A DNA stretch of 64,000 bases, from the NCBI RefSeq assembly GCF_032116555.1, contig NZ_CP134949.1, positions 1,178,001 through 1,242,000 on the forward strand, given 5' to 3'. The position numbers and the translations under genes are program-made. The notes beneath the pieces are model-generated. The model had not been told where the DNA came from. It saw only the letters and a program-made list of their open reading frames with translations, and made no database searches. This DNA is from Halorarum halobium (GTDB lineage Archaea > Halobacteriota > Halobacteria > Halobacteriales > Haloferacaceae). Positions 18,987 through 29,201 of the stretch are shown in pieces; positions within the stretch are counted from its first letter, which is position 1; every line of letters starts with the position of its first letter.

Positions 18987-19525
18987 TACGCGCCTGCCCC
19001 GGCGTCGTCGTGCTCGACGTTGAGCTCCTCGCGGAGCTGGTCGATGCGCCACTCCATCGCCTCGACGAGGCGGCTGTTCTCCATCGACTCCAGCGGTGAG
19101 CCACACTCGGGACACTCGAAGCCGAACTCCATCGCCTCCTCGAACTCGAAGCGGATGGAGTCGACCTCACAGAGGTAGAACTGGTGGTCCTCCTCGTAGG
19201 ACTCCCGCTGTTCGAGCCCCTCCAGCAGCCGGTACATCTCCTCCTCCAGGTTCTCGGGGATGTTGTCGTACTGGAACGTCCAGAGGTACGTGAGCCAGCC
19301 CGAGTCCTCGTCGCGGACGCGGCGGTACGACGCGAGGTCGTTCTCGTAGAGGATGAACAGCGCCCGGCGGACGTCGTTCAGCTCCAGTCCGAGTTCCTCC
19401 GCGAGTTCCTCGTCGGTGACCTCCCCGTCCGGCGGCGCCGCGGCGACGGGCATGCCGGTGGGGCCGACGAGTTCGTGGAGGTACTTCTGGATGACCGGGT
19501 CCTCCAGGAGTTCCTCAAAAGCCAT
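18986..19525 (-). CDS. tfe: Transcription factor E (TFE alpha)
   Basis: wHTH TDEELAEELGLELNDVRRALFILYE, SGWLTYLW, Zn ribbon FECPECG. Confidence 0.93.
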   Translation of the reverse strand: MAFEELLEDPVIQKYLHELVGPTGMPVAAAPPDGEVTDEELAEELGLELNDVRRALFILYENDLASYRRVRDEDSGWLTYLWTFQYDNIPENLEEEMYRLLEGLEQRESYEEDHQFYLCEVDSIRFEFEEAMEFGFECPECGSPLESMENSRLVEAMEWRIDQLREELNVEHDDAGAGA

Positions 19526-19590
19526 TGGGGGAAAACGGGGGTGGATTCATTTAAAGGAACCGGATAGGGCGGCCCGGGCCGGCCACAGTT

Positions 19591-20238
19591 ATGGCCCACG
19601 AGCCCAACCCACACGGCGTGCCCCCCGACACGCCGCCGGTTCCCGTCGAACGGCTCGCGGAGGGTGACTGGCGCGAACTGGAGCGGGCCGCGTGGCGGCC
19701 GTTCGACGTCGGCTTGCTCGCCGTCGATGCGACCCGGGTGGTGTACGAGGACGCGACCCTCCGGAACCGGATCCGCGAATCGACGGGGATCGACGGCTCC
19801 TGGCGCTTCTTTCTGGCCGCCCGGCTAGAACTCTCACCGACGCCACCCGGGTCACGCGCGCTGACCGCGCTCGTCACCGACAGGGCGCTTTCCGGCTTCG
19901 TCGACGTGCTCGCGGAACGGGGGTTCGCGGACGTTCGGCGGGCCGCGTCGTGGGACGAGCCGGCCACTCGACCGGTGGCGGAACAGGGCGACGACCGCGA
20001 GCCCTCGGACGCGCCGGTCGAGTACGTCGCTCGCTGTACCGTCGACGGCGTCTCGCTCCGCGCGACGGCGCTCGCCCTCGTCCGCCCGGTCGAGGGCGGC
20101 TACGTCCTCGCCGGTGGTGCCTATCCGACGGGCGTGCGCGACGCTCCCGACGGGGTGGGAGCCGACGCGATCGAACGTGAACTCGATCCCGCCCGGTTCC
20201 GATCCGAACTCCTGGCGCTCGTTCGGGCTACCTGCTGA
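19591..20238 (+). CDS. Hypothetical protein
   Basis: Haloarchaeal codon usage, LAGGAYP motif near the C-terminus, divergent from tfe. Confidence 0.6.
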   Translation: MAHEPNPHGVPPDTPPVPVERLAEGDWRELERAAWRPFDVGLLAVDATRVVYEDATLRNRIRESTGIDGSWRFFLAARLELSPTPPGSRALTALVTDRALSGFVDVLAERGFADVRRAASWDEPATRPVAEQGDDREPSDAPVEYVARCTVDGVSLRATALALVRPVEGGYVLAGGAYPTGVRDAPDGVGADAIERELDPARFRSELLALVRATC

Positions 20239-21031
20239 TCCCGAGCCGCTCCTGGACGGTCGGGATCAGCTCACCCGGGTCCACCTCGCCCAGCGCCTCG
20301 TCGGCGAGCGCGAGCTGTTGGCGGGGACGACCGACGCCCTCGGGGACCCGTCTCGTCTCGACGATGTCGGCGCTCGCCAGCCGTTCCTTCGCCCGCGCGA
20401 CCTCGGTCCGGCTCGAGAAGTTCACCTCGCGGGCCCACTCGCCGAGTTCGATGGAGAACAGTTCGTGACGGGCTCCGACGAGGGTACAGACGCCGACCGG
20501 GTCGAGCACGTCGTCCTCACGGACGGCCTCGGCGCCGTCGAGCGCGCCCGACAGGGTTCTCGCCGCGTCCGGCCAGCGGTCCCGAAAGGTGTCGAGGAGG
20601 ACGTCGCGCGCGGGGACCTCGGGGCGGTAGTCGGCGGCTTCCGCCCACCGGATCTCGAACGCCTCGCGGAACGCCGCCGTCACCTCGTCGTCGCTCGTCG
20701 AGAGCGAACTCATCGTGGAGTCGGCCCGGACGTGGACCCAGGCCCGTCCGTCACCGAGCGTCAGGCTCTCGGCGATGTCGGGGGCGGTTCGAACGACGAG
20801 TCTGTCGCCGTCGATGGCCTCGGCGGCGGCCGTCGCGGTCCGGAACTCGTCGAACAGGTCCTCGGCGTCGGCCGGCGTCAGGAACAGCCTCGCCGTCTCC
20901 TTCCCGGTTCGCACCGAGCGGGCAACCGACCGCGCGAGCCGCGGGGGTGGGGAGACGAACAGCGGATCACGCGCGGTTGCGAGGAGCGTCTCGGCGACGG
21001 AGGGCGTCGCCTCGAGCGAGCGAGCGGGCAT
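20228..21031 (-). CDS. TbsP/DUF5821-like transcriptional regulator
   Basis: C-terminal wHTH LGEWAREVNFSSRTEVARAKERL...GVGRPRQQL. Confidence 0.7.
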   Translation of the reverse strand: MPARSLEATPSVAETLLATARDPLFVSPPPRLARSVARSVRTGKETARLFLTPADAEDLFDEFRTATAAAEAIDGDRLVVRTAPDIAESLTLGDGRAWVHVRADSTMSSLSTSDDEVTAAFREAFEIRWAEAADYRPEVPARDVLLDTFRDRWPDAARTLSGALDGAEAVREDDVLDPVGVCTLVGARHELFSIELGEWAREVNFSSRTEVARAKERLASADIVETRRVPEGVGRPRQQLALADEALGEVDPGELIPTVQERLGISR

Positions 21032-21067
21032 GGGGGAGGATGGACGACGGGCCGACTTTAATTTTCA

Positions 21068-21811
21068 CTATCCGTTCCGGGCGAAAGTGAGATAGCCCGT
21101 GTGACCGACCCCGGCGGTGCTGGGCCGCGTGCCGCGGTCGTCGACGTGGAGCTCCCGCTGGATCGTCTCCAGCGTCTCGACGCCGAGCAGTCCGACCGCG
21201 TCCGCCGCCTCCTCCGCCCGCCGCGCGTCCTCCACGAACGGGGCGTAAACGGCGCAGTAGCCGCCGCTGGTGAGCAGTTCCGGCGCGTGTTCGACCACGG
21301 TCGCCGCGTCGGCCGTGTCGAGCGTGAGGAGGTCGAACTCCTCCCCGGAGAGCGCGTCGAGGTCCTCGAGCACGTCGCCCCCGCGAACCTCGACGCGGTC
21401 GTCGACGCCCGCGAGCGCCATGTTGTCGCGGGCGACCTCCGCGAATTCGGGGTCCCGTTCGTAGGTGGTCACTGCGGCTCCCAGCCGGCCGAGATACGCC
21501 GAGAGCACGCCGGTTCCGGTGCCGGCGTCGAGCACGCGGTCGCCCGACTGCGCGCCGACGTGGCCCACGACCAGTCCGACGTCGCGGGGCATCATCGGCG
21601 CGCCGGTGCGCTCGAAGTGGTTGAACAGGTCCGGACCACGGAGCGCGCGAACGGTGAACGGTTCCTCGAGATGCGTCTCGATGATCTGGCCGGGGTCCGG
21701 GTCGTCCGGAACGGTCAACACGCCGAGGTCGGTCTGGAGCTCCTCGCCCGGCGTGCGGAGGTACTCGCGGTCCGAGTCCGCGTGAACGAGGAGGACGGCC
21801 GCGTGGCTCAC
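21068..21811 (-). CDS. trmI: tRNA (adenine-N1)-methyltransferase TrmI-like
   Basis: [37 protein letters not shown]. Confidence 0.88.
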   Translation of the reverse strand: MSHAAVLLVHADSDREYLRTPGEELQTDLGVLTVPDDPDPGQIIETHLEEPFTVRALRGPDLFNHFERTGAPMMPRDVGLVVGHVGAQSGDRVLDAGTGTGVLSAYLGRLGAAVTTYERDPEFAEVARDNMALAGVDDRVEVRGGDVLEDLDALSGEEFDLLTLDTADAATVVEHAPELLTSGGYCAVYAPFVEDARRAEEAADAVGLLGVETLETIQRELHVDDRGTRPSTAGVGHTGYLTFARNG

Positions 21812-22203
21812 TCCAGCCGGGAGATCGCCGCCGCGAGGTCGCCGTCCTCGGCCTCGAGGGCCTCCCGGGCCGCGTCGGTGCTTACGCCCGCCCGCTGTGC
21901 GACGATCTCCACGTCGTCCGCGGGAATCTCGTCGGCCTCGCCGCCCGAGTCGTCGCCGGATTCGATGGCGGCGTCACCGCCGTCGCCGCCCTTGCCGACC
22001 GCGCGGGACTCAGGGGAGCCGACGACCTGGTAGGTCTGCTGGCCCTGGGCGTCCATCCGCGTGACTTGGGCGTCCCCGAACACGAGCTCCTCGTCGGCCG
22101 TCCGGATGATCACCTCCTCGGCGTCGAGTTCGGTCACGTCGATGCCCATCTGTTTCATCATCTGTTCCATCTTCCGTGGGTTCATGCCGCCGCCTCCGAA
22201 CAT
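21808..22203 (-). CDS. nac: Nascent polypeptide-associated complex protein
   Basis: [22 protein letters not shown]-terminal UBA-like GDLAAAI. Confidence 0.93.
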   Translation of the reverse strand: MFGGGGMNPRKMEQMMKQMGIDVTELDAEEVIIRTADEELVFGDAQVTRMDAQGQQTYQVVGSPESRAVGKGGDGGDAAIESGDDSGGEADEIPADDVEIVAQRAGVSTDAAREALEAEDGDLAAAISRLE

Positions 22204-22344
22204 GCCAGGAGCGTCGGCGTGCCGGAGCAAAAGCGTGGCGACGTGCCTCGCTGGTGGGACTCGTTGGCACGCGCTCGGCCCCGTCGGCTACGAGTCGCCG
22301 CCGCGACCCCTCGTTTCATGCGGGGGCCGGCCCACCCCCCTGGC

Positions 22345-23148
22345 ATGCAACTGGCCGAACGGACGTGGCCCGAGCTGGGCGAGTACGTCGCCGGCGAGTC
22401 GGTGGCGGTCGTGCCGCTCGGCTCCACCGAGCAGCACGGTCCGCACCTGCCGCTGGCGACCGACGCGCTCATCGCCGAGGCGCTGGCGCGGGAGGCGGCC
22501 GACCGGACCGGGTTCCTCTGTACCCCGCCGGTCCGGATCGCCGTCTCGGAACACCACCGGCAGTTCCACGGGACGATGTGGGTCGAGCCCGACGTGTTCC
22601 GCGACTACGTCGAGAGTTTCTCGCGGAACCTCACGTACCACGGCGTGGACCGGATGGTGTTCGTGAACGCCCACGGCGGCAACACCCAGCACCTCCGCGA
22701 GGTGGGCCGACGGCTCAGGCGCGACCGGACCGCCTACGCGGTCGAGTGGATGTGGGACGAGTCGATCCCTGAACTGGTGCGGGAGTCGTTCGCCCACAAC
22801 GGCCCCCACGGCGGCCCGAAGGAGACCGCGATGATCCAGCACATCGCGCCCGACCTCGTCCGCGAGGGGGAACTGGAAGCGGCGCGCGACGGCGGCGTCG
22901 TCGACCTCCCGGCGGCGACGACGGGCCGGTTCGGCGCGCGGACGTACTACGACAGCTCGGACAACTCGCCCAACGGCGTGTTCGGCGACCAGACGGACGC
23001 GACCGCGGAGATCGGCGCGGAGCTGTTCGAGGCCGCGAGCGAGCAGCTCGTGAAGCTGTTGGGGTGGCTCGACGACCAGCCGTTCTCGGATCTCATGCCC
23101 GAACCGCACGTCGACCCGCAGCCGGGGAGCCGACGTCCGGAGCGCTAG
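22345..23148 (+). CDS. Creatininase family amidohydrolase
   Basis: PLGSTEQHGPHLPLATD, SEHH, NAHGGN, HGGPKET. Confidence 0.9.
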   Translation: MQLAERTWPELGEYVAGESVAVVPLGSTEQHGPHLPLATDALIAEALAREAADRTGFLCTPPVRIAVSEHHRQFHGTMWVEPDVFRDYVESFSRNLTYHGVDRMVFVNAHGGNTQHLREVGRRLRRDRTAYAVEWMWDESIPELVRESFAHNGPHGGPKETAMIQHIAPDLVREGELEAARDGGVVDLPAATTGRFGARTYYDSSDNSPNGVFGDQTDATAEIGAELFEAASEQLVKLLGWLDDQPFSDLMPEPHVDPQPGSRRPER

Positions 23149-23299
23149 CGGATCGCTGACTGGCGGCGTCCTCGTCACGTCGGCGACGGGTGTTTTCCCC
23201 GGCGCGTTCGATCCCGTCCGACGCGACGCCGCGCACCCGCGAACGCCGGACGGCAGTTCTCAGCGCACACGGCCGTTGGTCGCGGTCCGGTATTTGAAC

Positions 23300-23992
23300 C
23301 TACGTGTCGACGGGGTCCGAGCGGTCGCCGGTTTCCTCGACCTTCGTCGAGACGGCGAGTCCGGAGCCGACGGGGAGGACGAGCGTCTCGAACGCCGGGT
23401 CGTCGCGGACGGCGTCGAGATAGCAGGCGACCCCGCGTGAGGGCTCGTCGTCGATGTCGATCGCGCGGGGTTCGCCCTCCATGTGTGCCAGCAGCGAGTG
23501 GAAGTCGATGGGGCCGTACATGATGTTGTCCGCGACGACGACGCCGCCCTCCGCGACCTTCGGCGCGACCGAGTGGAAGGCGTCCTCGTAGCGCTCCTTC
23601 TGGTGGTCGACGAGGACGACGTCGAACGGGCCGTCGTACCGCTCGACAGCGGCCAGCGCGTCGCCGTGCTCGAACTGACAGCAGTCGGCCAGGCCGGCCT
23701 CGGTCAGGAACTCCTCGCCCCGTTCGAGTTCGTCCTCGTCGAACTCGGTGAGCACGACCCGGTCGGCCCCGCCCCGCAGGAACCACGACGCCGAGTAGCC
23801 GAAGCCGGAGCCGAACTCGAACACCGTTTCCGCGCCCGTGAGCCTGGCGACCATGCGGAGGACGCCGCCCGCGTCCGGGCCGATGTTCGGGAACCGCCGT
23901 TCGCGGGCCAGCGCTGCCATTCGCTCCTGTACCTCGGTGTGTTCCGGCCCGGCGGCGCGGACGAACCGGGTCGCCTCGTCCGAGAGCACCAT
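23300..23992 (-). CDS. O-methyltransferase
   Basis: FEFGSGFGYS, FDVVLVD, VVADN. Confidence 0.88.
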   Translation of the reverse strand: MVLSDEATRFVRAAGPEHTEVQERMAALARERRFPNIGPDAGGVLRMVARLTGAETVFEFGSGFGYSASWFLRGGADRVVLTEFDEDELERGEEFLTEAGLADCCQFEHGDALAAVERYDGPFDVVLVDHQKERYEDAFHSVAPKVAEGGVVVADNIMYGPIDFHSLLAHMEGEPRAIDIDDEPSRGVACYLDAVRDDPAFETLVLPVGSGLAVSTKVEETGDRSDPVDT

Positions 23993-24075
23993 GTCCCGGG
24001 GGACGGGGGGCGGGACCGTGAGCCTTCGGGTCACACCCCCGAAAGCCATTCGTAGCGCCTCTCGGACGGGAGCGT

Positions 24076-24495
24076 ATGGACGGCGGTCGCATCGAGGAGG
24101 TGACGAGCGACGAGGGCTGGGACCGGGCGCTGCCGGTGCTCCAGGAACTGTGGAGCGACGCCGACGAGTCGTTCGTCCGGTCGTGGCGCGACGAGGAGGA
24201 CTACCGGCTGTTCGGGCGATACGTGGACGGGGGGCTGGTCGGCGTGGTGGGCGTCTCCGTCCAGCGCGTCGTTCACCACGCCAGACACGCATGGATTCAC
24301 GACCTCGTCGTCACCGAGTCGCGCCGGGGAGCGGGTCACGGCGCGGCGCTGCTCTCGTTCGTGGAGTCGTGGGCGCGCGACCGGGACTGCGAGTACGTCG
24401 CCCTCGCGAACCGACTGGGGAACGAATCGGCGCTCGACTTCTACGAGGCGGAGGGGATGGAGGCGTGGGGGTACGTCGTCGAGACGGAGCTGTAG
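24076..24495 (+). CDS. GNAT family N-acetyltransferase
   Basis: IHDLVVTESRRGAGHG, ALDFYE. Confidence 0.88.
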   Translation: MDGGRIEEVTSDEGWDRALPVLQELWSDADESFVRSWRDEEDYRLFGRYVDGGLVGVVGVSVQRVVHHARHAWIHDLVVTESRRGAGHGAALLSFVESWARDRDCEYVALANRLGNESALDFYEAEGMEAWGYVVETEL

Positions 24496-24523
24496 GACGG
24501 CGCGACCGGCGGGCTGGCACGGT

Positions 24524-24979
24524 TCACAGTGCGGGAGCGGCCAGATAGCCGCCGATGACGAGCAGCACGACCCCGACCACGGACGCGAGTCTGAGGAACG
24601 TCTCCGCGTCGTGGGCGGCGGTTCGGACCTTGCCGACGTCCAGCGCGGACCTGATTTTGCTCGCGCCGACCTCGACGAGGCCGGTCATGACGAGCCAGAG
24701 CGCCAGCATCGTGAGCACGAGGTGGCCGCGACCGGTGCCGAACAGCAACTCGCTCCCGTAGACGGTCGCGGCCATGTGGCCGCCGGTGGCGACGAACACC
24801 AGCGCCGCGACCCGCGTGATGGTCGTCAGCCCGGAGGAGATCGACCCGAGCGCGTCGGGGTCGAGGCCCCCGCCCTTCGCGAGCGGGACGACCTTCCAGG
24901 TGGCGAGCAGGACCGCGCCGACCCAGACGCCGGCGAACAGCGTGTGCAGGACGTAGGCTCCCGTGAGTGCGAGCGGCAT
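24524..24979 (-). CDS. CopD-like 4-TM membrane protein
   Basis: HTLFAGVWVG, TGGHM, GHLVLTM; four hydrophobic helices. Confidence 0.7.
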   Translation of the reverse strand: MPLALTGAYVLHTLFAGVWVGAVLLATWKVVPLAKGGGLDPDALGSISSGLTTITRVAALVFVATGGHMAATVYGSELLFGTGRGHLVLTMLALWLVMTGLVEVGASKIRSALDVGKVRTAAHDAETFLRLASVVGVVLLVIGGYLAAPAL

Positions 24980-25126
24980 GGTCGGCGACTCGGGTGGTCA
25001 CCGCATAAATCCCGGCAGGACGGCCCGGACGGGGGGAGGGTCAGGTCGGTGGCGTGACGGCTCCACGAGGCCCGTCCGTGACGCGACGTGGAGGCTTTAA
25101 GACGAGCGCGACCGACCCATCAGGTG

Positions 25127-26809
25127 ATGTTTGACCCCGACGACCTGGAGGAAATCCGCTCGGAGAAGCGGCGGTGGGAGGAGGAGACCCGCGAGCCCAC
25201 CGTCGAGCGGTTCGGGGAGCGCGAGGAGCGGTTCACAACCGACACCGGCGGCCAGGACGTCGACCCGCTGTACACGCCCGACGACGTCGCGGACCTCGAC
25301 TACGAGGCGGACCTCGGCTTCCCGGGCGAGGAGCCGTACACCCGGGGCGTCTACCCGACGATGCACCGGGGGCGGCTCTGGACGATGCGCCAGTACGCCG
25401 GCATGGGCACCGCCGCGGAGACGAACGAGCGGTTCAACTACCTCATCGACCAGGGCTCCTCGGGGCTCTCGATGGCGTTCGACCTGCCGACCCAGATGGG
25501 CTACGACTCCGACGCGGACATGGCCGCCGGCGAGGTCGGGAAATCGGGCGTCGCAATCGACTCGCTGGAGGACTTCGAGCGCGTGTTCGACGGCATCCCG
25601 CTCGACGAGGTGTCGACCTCGATGACGATCAACGCGCCCGCATCGGTGCTGCTCGCGATGTACGTCGCCGTCGGCGACCGGCAGGGAGTCGACCGCGAGG
25701 AGCTCCGGGGCACCATCCAGAACGACATCATGAAGGAGTACATCGCGCGGAACCTCTACATCTACCCGCCCGCGGAGTCGATGCGGCTCATCACCGACAT
25801 CTTCGAGTTCTGCGCGAACGAGACGCCGAAGTTCAACACCATCTCCATCTCCGGGTACCACATCCGGGAGGCCGGGTCGACGGCGGCCCAGGAGATCGCG
25901 TTCACGCTCGGCAACGGCATCGAGTACGTCCAGGCGGCCGTCGACGCCGGCCTCGACGTCGACGAGTTCGCCCCGCAGCTCTCCTTCTTCTTCAACGCCC
26001 ACAACAACATCCTGGAGGAGGTGGCGAAGTTCCGCGCCGCCCGCCGGATGTGGGCGACGATCATGGCGGAGCGCTTCGGCGCGGAGAACCCGAAGTCGAA
26101 GCAGCTGAAGTTCCACACCCAGACCGCCGGCTCGATGCTGACGGCCCAGCAGATCGAGAACAACGTCGTCCGGGTCGGCTACCAGGCGCTCGCCGCGGTG
26201 CTGGGCGGCACCCAGAGCCTCCACACGAACGGGAAGGACGAGGCGCTCTCGCTCCCGACCGAGAAATCCGTGCGGACGGCGCTCCGGACCCAGCAGATCC
26301 TCGCCCACGAGTCGGGCGCGGCCGACACCATCGACCCGCTCGCCGGGAGCTACTACGTCGAGAGCCTCACGGACGGCATCGAGGAGGAGGCGTTCGACAT
26401 CCTCGACGAGGTCGACCGCCGGGGCGGGATGCTCGACGCCGTACAGAACCAGTGGGTCCAGCGCCAGATCCAGGACACGGCGTTCGAGCGCCAGCGCGAG
26501 ATCGAGGAAGGCGAGCGCGTCATCGTCGGCGTCAACGAGTACGAGGTCGAGGAGGACGAACCGCAGGTGGACCTGGAGGACGTCTCCGAGGAGGAGCAGC
26601 GGGCGCAGGTCGAGCGCGTGCAGGACCTCCGCGAGTCGCGCGATTCGGAGGAGGCGGAGGCGGCGCTGGCGGCGCTCCGTGACGCGGCGACCGGGGACGC
26701 GAACCTGATGCCGTACATCGTCGACGCGGTGAAGGCGTACGCGACGGTCGGCGAGATCTGCAACGTGCTCCGCAAGGAGTTCGGGGAGTACCAGCCCGGT
26801 TCGGTGTAG
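25127..26809 (+). CDS. mmcA: Methylmalonyl-CoA mutase, large (substrate-binding) subunit
   Basis: [51 protein letters not shown]. No B12-binding domain (split archaeal type). Confidence 0.92.
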   Translation: MFDPDDLEEIRSEKRRWEEETREPTVERFGEREERFTTDTGGQDVDPLYTPDDVADLDYEADLGFPGEEPYTRGVYPTMHRGRLWTMRQYAGMGTAAETNERFNYLIDQGSSGLSMAFDLPTQMGYDSDADMAAGEVGKSGVAIDSLEDFERVFDGIPLDEVSTSMTINAPASVLLAMYVAVGDRQGVDREELRGTIQNDIMKEYIARNLYIYPPAESMRLITDIFEFCANETPKFNTISISGYHIREAGSTAAQEIAFTLGNGIEYVQAAVDAGLDVDEFAPQLSFFFNAHNNILEEVAKFRAARRMWATIMAERFGAENPKSKQLKFHTQTAGSMLTAQQIENNVVRVGYQALAAVLGGTQSLHTNGKDEALSLPTEKSVRTALRTQQILAHESGAADTIDPLAGSYYVESLTDGIEEEAFDILDEVDRRGGMLDAVQNQWVQRQIQDTAFERQREIEEGERVIVGVNEYEVEEDEPQVDLEDVSEEEQRAQVERVQDLRESRDSEEAEAALAALRDAATGDANLMPYIVDAVKAYATVGEICNVLRKEFGEYQPGSV

Positions 26810-26899
26810 GGGAGTTGGCTCCAGAACGAGAGTCCGCCGTTCATCACCATTCGAGGATGGCCGGTCGGCCGTCTGGACGCACGGCACTGTTGCTGGCTC

Positions 26900-27120
26900 A
26901 CCTGAAACCGCAGCCACGTCCTCCCCGGCCGATTCGCTCGCGGTCGGCGCAGGCGCGGACCGACAAGCACCACGGGAGCGAACGTAGTGTGCGGCGAGGA
27001 GCGTGGTTCGAACGGCGCTCGCACCGTTCGTCAGTACGGGAAACCGACGGGTTCCCGTCAGCGGTCGGATTCCGTCTGAATCCGACAGCATCACGAAAAC
27101 CTTCGATTTTCGAACGAAAG
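26900..27120. repeat. Palindrome-rich intergenic repeat (REP/MITE-like), copy A
   Basis: Consecutive hairpins; modules CAAGCACCAC (26964), CGTGGTTCGAA and CATCACGAAA..TTTTCGAACGA are shared with 49.6-50.0 kb. Confidence 0.7.
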
Positions 27121-27303
27121 CGGCCGGACCGAGGCGTGCGTCACGACGACCAACCAAACCACGAAACCTGCGAAAACCGACGACTGGCAGCCACGAAATC
27201 CCGAAAATCGACCTCCACGATACCACAAACCGAAAACACGACGAGGATTGGGGATTCCTGCAGCGGACGAAACCGCTTTCTCGGGGGCGCGTCACGTCCA
27301 CCC

Positions 27304-27795
27304 ATGGACGACGAGACGCGCGCCCTGCTCGACGTGCTAGTTGCCGACGCCAGGGAATCGACCGCAGACATCGCCCGCCAGACGGGCCTCTCGGCGGACG
27401 AGGTGGACGCGCGTCTCGACGAACTCGAAGCGGCGGGCGTGCTGCGCGGCTACACGGCGGTCGTCGACTGGGACAGCACCGACGCCGACCGGGTCGCCGC
27501 GGTCGTCGAGGTGAACGTCGAACTCGACCGGGAGACCGACTACGAGGACATCGCACGCCGCATCGCCGAGTCGCCGACCGTCGACTCGCTCCGGCTCGTC
27601 TCGGGCGACTACGACTTCGCGCTCGACGTGAGCGCCGACACGATGCAGGCCGTCTCCCGATTCGTCGCCGACGAGGTCGCGCCGCTGCCGGCGGTGACGA
27701 AGACGGTCACCCACTACGTGATGGAGACGTACAAGGAACGCGGGGTCGTCTTCGACGAGCGCGACGACGACGACCGGCTCTCAGTGACCCCATGA
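27304..27795 (+). CDS. Lrp/AsnC family transcriptional regulator
   Basis: HTH DARESTADIARQTGLS, GYTAVVDW, LVSGDYD, YKERG. Confidence 0.9.
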   Translation: MDDETRALLDVLVADARESTADIARQTGLSADEVDARLDELEAAGVLRGYTAVVDWDSTDADRVAAVVEVNVELDRETDYEDIARRIAESPTVDSLRLVSGDYDFALDVSADTMQAVSRFVADEVAPLPAVTKTVTHYVMETYKERGVVFDERDDDDRLSVTP

Positions 27796-29048
27796 GCGAC
27801 CGGAGTGATTCCCCGGACACGCCGGCCAGCGGGGCTTCAGGGGCTTCGGAGACCGGCAGCCGCGAGACGGACGACCCGGGGAAGGCCGACCGCTTCACGC
27901 CAGCGGAGCGCGTCGAGGCGGTGCCGCCCTCGGGCATCCGCGCGTTCTTCGAGGTCGCCGAATCCCGCGAGGACGTGATCTCGCTGGGCGTCGGCGAACC
28001 GGACTTCACCGCGCCGTGGGCCGCCCGGTCGGCGGCGATCGAGTCGCTGGAGCGCGGCCGCACGAGCTACACGGCAAACCGCGGGATGCCGGCGCTCCGA
28101 CGCGCCATCGCGCGCCACGTCGAGCGCTACGACCTCGCCTACGACCCGCAGGAGGAGATCCTCGTCACCACCGGCGCGAGCGAGGCCGTCGACCTCGCGT
28201 TCCGCGCGCTCGTCGACCCCGGGGACGTCGTCGCGCTCCCGACGCCGACGTACGTCTCCTACCGGCCCGGCGTGACGTTCGCCGGCGGCGACCCGCTCCC
28301 CGTCCCCACCCACCACGAGGACGACTGGTCGCTGACGCCGGACGCGCTCGCGGCGGCCGGCGCCGACGAGGCGGACGTGCTCGTGCTCTGTTACCCGAAC
28401 AACCCGACCGGCGCGACGATGACGGGGGAGGAACTCGCCGCAGTCGCCGAGTTCTGTCTCGAACACGACCTGCTGGTCGTCTCCGACGAGATCTACGCCG
28501 CGCTCACCTACGAGGGCGAGCACACCTCCATCGCCACGCTGCCCGGGATGCGCGAGCGGACCGTCGTCGTCAACGGCTTCTCGAAGGCGTACGCGATGAC
28601 GGGGCTCAGGCTCGGCTACGCGCTCGCGCCGCCGACCGCCTCGGCGGCGATGACGAAGGTCCACCAGTACGGGATGCTCTCCGCGCCGACGACGGCACAG
28701 CACGCCGCGATCCGGGCGCTGGAGGACTGTGACGACGACGTCGTCGAGATGCGCCGCGAGTACGACCGTCGCCGGCGGTACCTCACCGCGCGCCTGCGGG
28801 AACTCGGCGTCGCGGTCGCCGAGCCCGGCGGCGCGTTCTACGCGTTCCCACGGGTCGCCGACGTCGCGCCCGACGGCGACGACGAGGCGTTCGCCACGGA
28901 GCTGCTCGAGACGACCGGCGTCGCTGCGGTGCCGGGCAGCGCGTTCGGAGACGGCGGCGCGGGGCACCTCCGGCTCTCGTACGCGACCGGGATGGACGAC
29001 CTGAAGGAGGCGATGGCGCGGCTCGAAACGTTCCTCGCGGACCGCTGA
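27792..29048 (+). CDS. Class I PLP-dependent (aspartate-type) aminotransferase
   Basis: SLGVGEPDF, YPNNPTG, SDEIY, GFSKAYAMTGLRLG; ATGA overlap with the Lrp gene. Confidence 0.92.
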   Translation: MSDRSDSPDTPASGASGASETGSRETDDPGKADRFTPAERVEAVPPSGIRAFFEVAESREDVISLGVGEPDFTAPWAARSAAIESLERGRTSYTANRGMPALRRAIARHVERYDLAYDPQEEILVTTGASEAVDLAFRALVDPGDVVALPTPTYVSYRPGVTFAGGDPLPVPTHHEDDWSLTPDALAAAGADEADVLVLCYPNNPTGATMTGEELAAVAEFCLEHDLLVVSDEIYAALTYEGEHTSIATLPGMRERTVVVNGFSKAYAMTGLRLGYALAPPTASAAMTKVHQYGMLSAPTTAQHAAIRALEDCDDDVVEMRREYDRRRRYLTARLRELGVAVAEPGGAFYAFPRVADVAPDGDDEAFATELLETTGVAAVPGSAFGDGGAGHLRLSYATGMDDLKEAMARLETFLADR

Positions 29049-29201
29049 ATCGGATCGTTCCTCCGGATTCCTCGATTCGAACCGTACCACGGGGTCCGCC
29101 GTGAGGTCCGCCGGCCAGGGCTCGACGGGTCCGGGAGAAACGTCTCGCCCGCCGTCAGGGGTTTCAGGGAGTTTAGGTAGTCGGGTGTGTGATGTGTCCG
29201 C

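Noticed and set aside
22345..23148. Assigning the creatininase-family gene as ArfB (riboflavin pathway partner of gch3)
   Set aside because: It lies 16 kb from gch3, and the family motifs do not discriminate substrate.
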